From the human T2T-CHM13v2.0 reference genome, Homo sapiens, in the NCBI RefSeq assembly GCF_009914755.1, contig NC_060927.1: 64,000 nucleotides of DNA; one strand, written 5' to 3'. Below the pieces are notes generated by a model that ran no database searches, had not been told where the DNA came from, and saw only the letters and a list, made by a program, of their open reading frames with translations. The position numbers were made by a program, and so were the translations under genes. Positions 57,436 to 64,000 of the stretch are shown here, one piece after another (the stretch's first letter is position 1; every line of letters begins with the position of its first letter).

Positions 57436-58663
57436 GAATGAAACTGGATCCTCATCTCTCACCTTACTAAAAAATCAACTCAAGACGGATCAAGGACTTA
57501 AATCTAAGACCTCAACTATAAAACTTCTAGAAGATAACACTGGACAAACCTTTCTAGACATTGGCTTAGGCAAAGACTTCATGACAAACAACCCAAAAGC
57601 AAATGCAACAAAAATGAAGATACATGGGTAGGACTTAATTAAACTAAAGAGCTTCTGCACAGTAAAGGGAACAGTCAGCAGAGTAAACAGACAACCCACA
57701 GAGTGGGAGAAAATCTTCACAATCTATACATCCAACAAAGGACTAATATCCAGAATCTACAATGAACTCAAACAAATTAGCAAGAAAAAAAAAACAAAAA
57801 ATCCCATCAAAAAGTGGGCTAAGGACATGAATAGACAATTCCCAAAAGCAGCTATACAAATGACCAACAAGCATATAAAAAATGCTCAACATTACTAATG
57901 ATCAGGAAAATGCAAATCAAAACCACAATGCAATGCCACCTTACTCCTGCAAGAATGGCCATAATCAAAAAATCAAAAAATAATAGAGTTTGGTGTGGAT
58001 GGGGTGAAAAGTCAACACTTCTACACTGTTGGTGAGAATGCAAACTAGTACAAACCACTGTGAAAAACAGTGTGGAGATTCCTTAAAGAACTAAAAGTAA
58101 AACTACCGTTTGATCCAGCAATCCCACTTATTGGTTATCTACCCAGAGGAAAAGAAGCCATTATATGAAAAAGATACTTGCACATGCATGTTTATAGCAG
58201 CACAATTCACAATTGCAAAAATATGGAACCAGTCCAATTGCTCATCAGTCAACGAGTAAATACAGAAATTGTGGTGTATGTATACATAAGACGGAATGCT
58301 ATTCAGCCATAAAAAGGAACGAATTAATGGTATTCACAGCAACCTTGATAGAACTGGAGACTGTTATTCTAAGTGAAGTAACTCAGGAATGGAAAACCAA
58401 ACATTGTATGTTCTCATTCATAAGAGGGAGCTAAGCTATGGCGCTGCAAAGGCAGAAGAGTGATACAATGGACTTTGGGGACTCAGTGGAAAGGGTGGGA
58501 GGGCAGTGAGGGATAAAAGACAACAAATTGGGTTCAGCATATACTGCTTAGGTGATGGGTGCACCAAAATCTCACAAATCACCACTACATAACTCACTCA
58601 TGTAACCAAATAACACCTGTTTCCCAAAATCCTATGGAAACAAAACAAAACAAAACAAAAAAA
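57436..58663 (+). mobile_element. 5'-truncated L1PB-type element
   Basis: aatgaaactggatcctcatctctcacc...gggtgcaccaaaatctcacaaatcaccact...cctatggaaa plus (CAAAA)n tail; homologous to 52250-54000. Confidence 0.93.
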
Positions 58664-58665
58664 CA

Positions 58666-59031
<366 letters not shown>

Positions 59032-60366
59032 TCATGCTGTCATTAAATAAAATTGAGCAAGAGTACAATAGAGTTTCCTTTCCAAGAACTCTAATTTTTC
59101 CAAGGGAAAGACTCCAAACTGTTGCCTAACAAATGACATTAGAATGGTGCTGAAAGATGCATTCCTATTGCTGTGTTGCATTAAAACTTTTTTGAGCATC
59201 TTAATTGAAATTGTTCTACTACACATGGAGCACAAAGGACCTAGCTGGTGGTAGTAAATGACTTTTTAATTTTCTCCTTCTCTGAAGCAATGAGAGGCAG
59301 GATAAATGGTCTTTCCAATATGTTGGAGTATTAAAATTATGTTATTTTAGTGGAAAAAATGCTGAGACATACACTCAGTTCAGACATTCAAATGTGCTCG
59401 CTTGCTGTCTTGTAAACAGAGCCACAACTTCTAACAACACTTTGAAGTCTTCTTAGTCGTTACTCAGGCTGAGATGGGTTTGTCCCCTTAGACACATAAT
59501 TGGCCCATAATTTTCAGCCTTACTAAATAACTTTATAAAAGAAGGGTCATAATTATTCATATTCAAGGTGATTTCAGGAATAGAGACCAAAAGAAACCTG
59601 CAAATATTAAAGCTGTTGCCCACATCATTTTCAATACTTATCACTAATGTGTATTGATATTCTTTATGAGAAAGTTTGAAATCATAATCTGTAAGGCATA
59701 GGAATACTTTTGTGTTTCTGAAAACTGCTCTTGACCCTTTTCAGTGAAACTGAATTTTAATGTGACATTCCAATTTCTTAATAGAAACTCACTTAATCTT
59801 AGAAACCATAAAGTTAAATTGGCTTTAACCCCTTTAGTATGCATGAAATGAATGTGATAATTGCACTAAGATACATTTGCTTTTATAATTAAGTATTATT
59901 GTGAAAATCTTCTTTTTTGCCAGTTAAGTGTTTTTCTCCCATATTCAAGGATAAAATGGAAACAAAGGTCAATTCCAGAGAAAGCTCATCAAATAAAAGT
60001 TCAACATACTCTTGAAACTTGTATTGCTAAGATCCTATATAAATAAATGTTATGTAATTAGGATTTTAAAAAAAGAATGCTTTTATAAGGAAATTAAACC
60101 TTTCTATGGCTTTTCAAATAATTATGATTAAATGGCAAAACTATCTCTTGTTTCAGCATTTATCGTCTGGACCAGATTTCTAATATTATTCTGACTTTTC
60201 AGTCTTTTCTTTTCAAAATCTATCTTTTTTAGGTGGTAATTTATCATCCTCAGACTGTAATCTCAGTCACTGTGTCATCATATTGAAAGTTGGAAATTCA
60301 TGGTTAGTAAATCTCTGAGGAAAGAAGTCAGCAAAAATCAGAAACATCGTTTTTAATCTAGTGCTG

Positions 60367-60756
60367 TGATACTGTTTGGATGTTTGTTCCCTCCAAATGT
60401 CATATGAAAATGTGATCCCTAGTGTTGGAGGTGGGGCCTAGTAGGAGGTGTTTCAGTCATGGGGGTGGATCCCTCATGAATGGCTTGGTGCCCTCCCCAT
60501 GGTAATAAGTTCGTGGGAGGGCTAGATGTTTAAAGAGCCTGGCATCTCCCCAACCCTTGCTCCCTCTCTTACCATGCAACACGCCTGCTCCCCCTTTGCC
60601 ATCCACCATGAGTAGAAGCTTCCTGAGGTCTCACCAGAAGCAATGCTGGTGCCGTGCTTATACAGCCTGCACAACTGTGAGCCAAATTAACTCTTTTCTT
60701 TATAAACTACCCAATCTCAGGCATTCCTTTATAGTGAGCCAACATCAACTAATACA
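60367..60756 (+). mobile_element. MST (MSTB-like) MaLR solo LTR
   Basis: TG...CA termini; tgttggaggtggggcctag, ggatccctcatgaatggcttggtgcc; 5-bp TSD tgctg (60362-60366) / cgctg (60757-60761). Confidence 0.92.
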
Positions 60757-60901
60757 CGCTGAGTTACTCAATAGCTTAATAGCCCAGTAAATTTGGTGAA
60801 CCAAAAATATTATTGAAAGGGTTTTATATTTGTTATTAAAAGGGGGCTAATATATCATGGAAAAACATCAAAACTTTTTTGGATATTCCCAAACTTATCT
60901 T

Positions 60902-63987
<3,086 letters not shown>

Positions 63988-64000
63988 TAAAGTTTATGGT

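Overview
Primate (human-like) AT-rich, non-genic or deep-intronic DNA. I could not recognise any cellular protein-coding exon. The only ORFs with recognisable products are decayed LINE-1 ORF1/ORF2 fragments. The window is dominated by interspersed repeats: a full-length but dead L1PB-type element with target-site duplications (TSDs) at 46.9-54.05 kb, a twin-primed (5'-inverted) L1PA element with a clear TSD at 60.9-64.0 kb, several truncated L1PA/L1MA/L1M pieces, a HAL1-like element, about 9 Alus or Alu fragments, L2, MIR, CR1/L3, MER20/MER5/MER102 DNA-transposon fossils, MaLR solo LTRs and a retroposed hY3 Y-RNA pseudogene. The most unusual unexplained structure is a ~188-bp inverted duplication of about 89% identity (637-824 vs 1457-1643). 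Its inner ends carry a CAG|GTAAG splice donor and it encloses a candidate 57-nt non-coding/poison exon. Other notable items are a near-perfect 29-bp AT-palindromic VNTR, a 116-bp tandem duplication and a de novo ~40-bp palindrome inside the L1PB, plus further apparent template-switch hairpins in other repeats. All repeat family and subfamily calls come from recalled consensus sequences and need RepeatMasker/Dfam confirmation. I found no convincing evidence for a new gene system.
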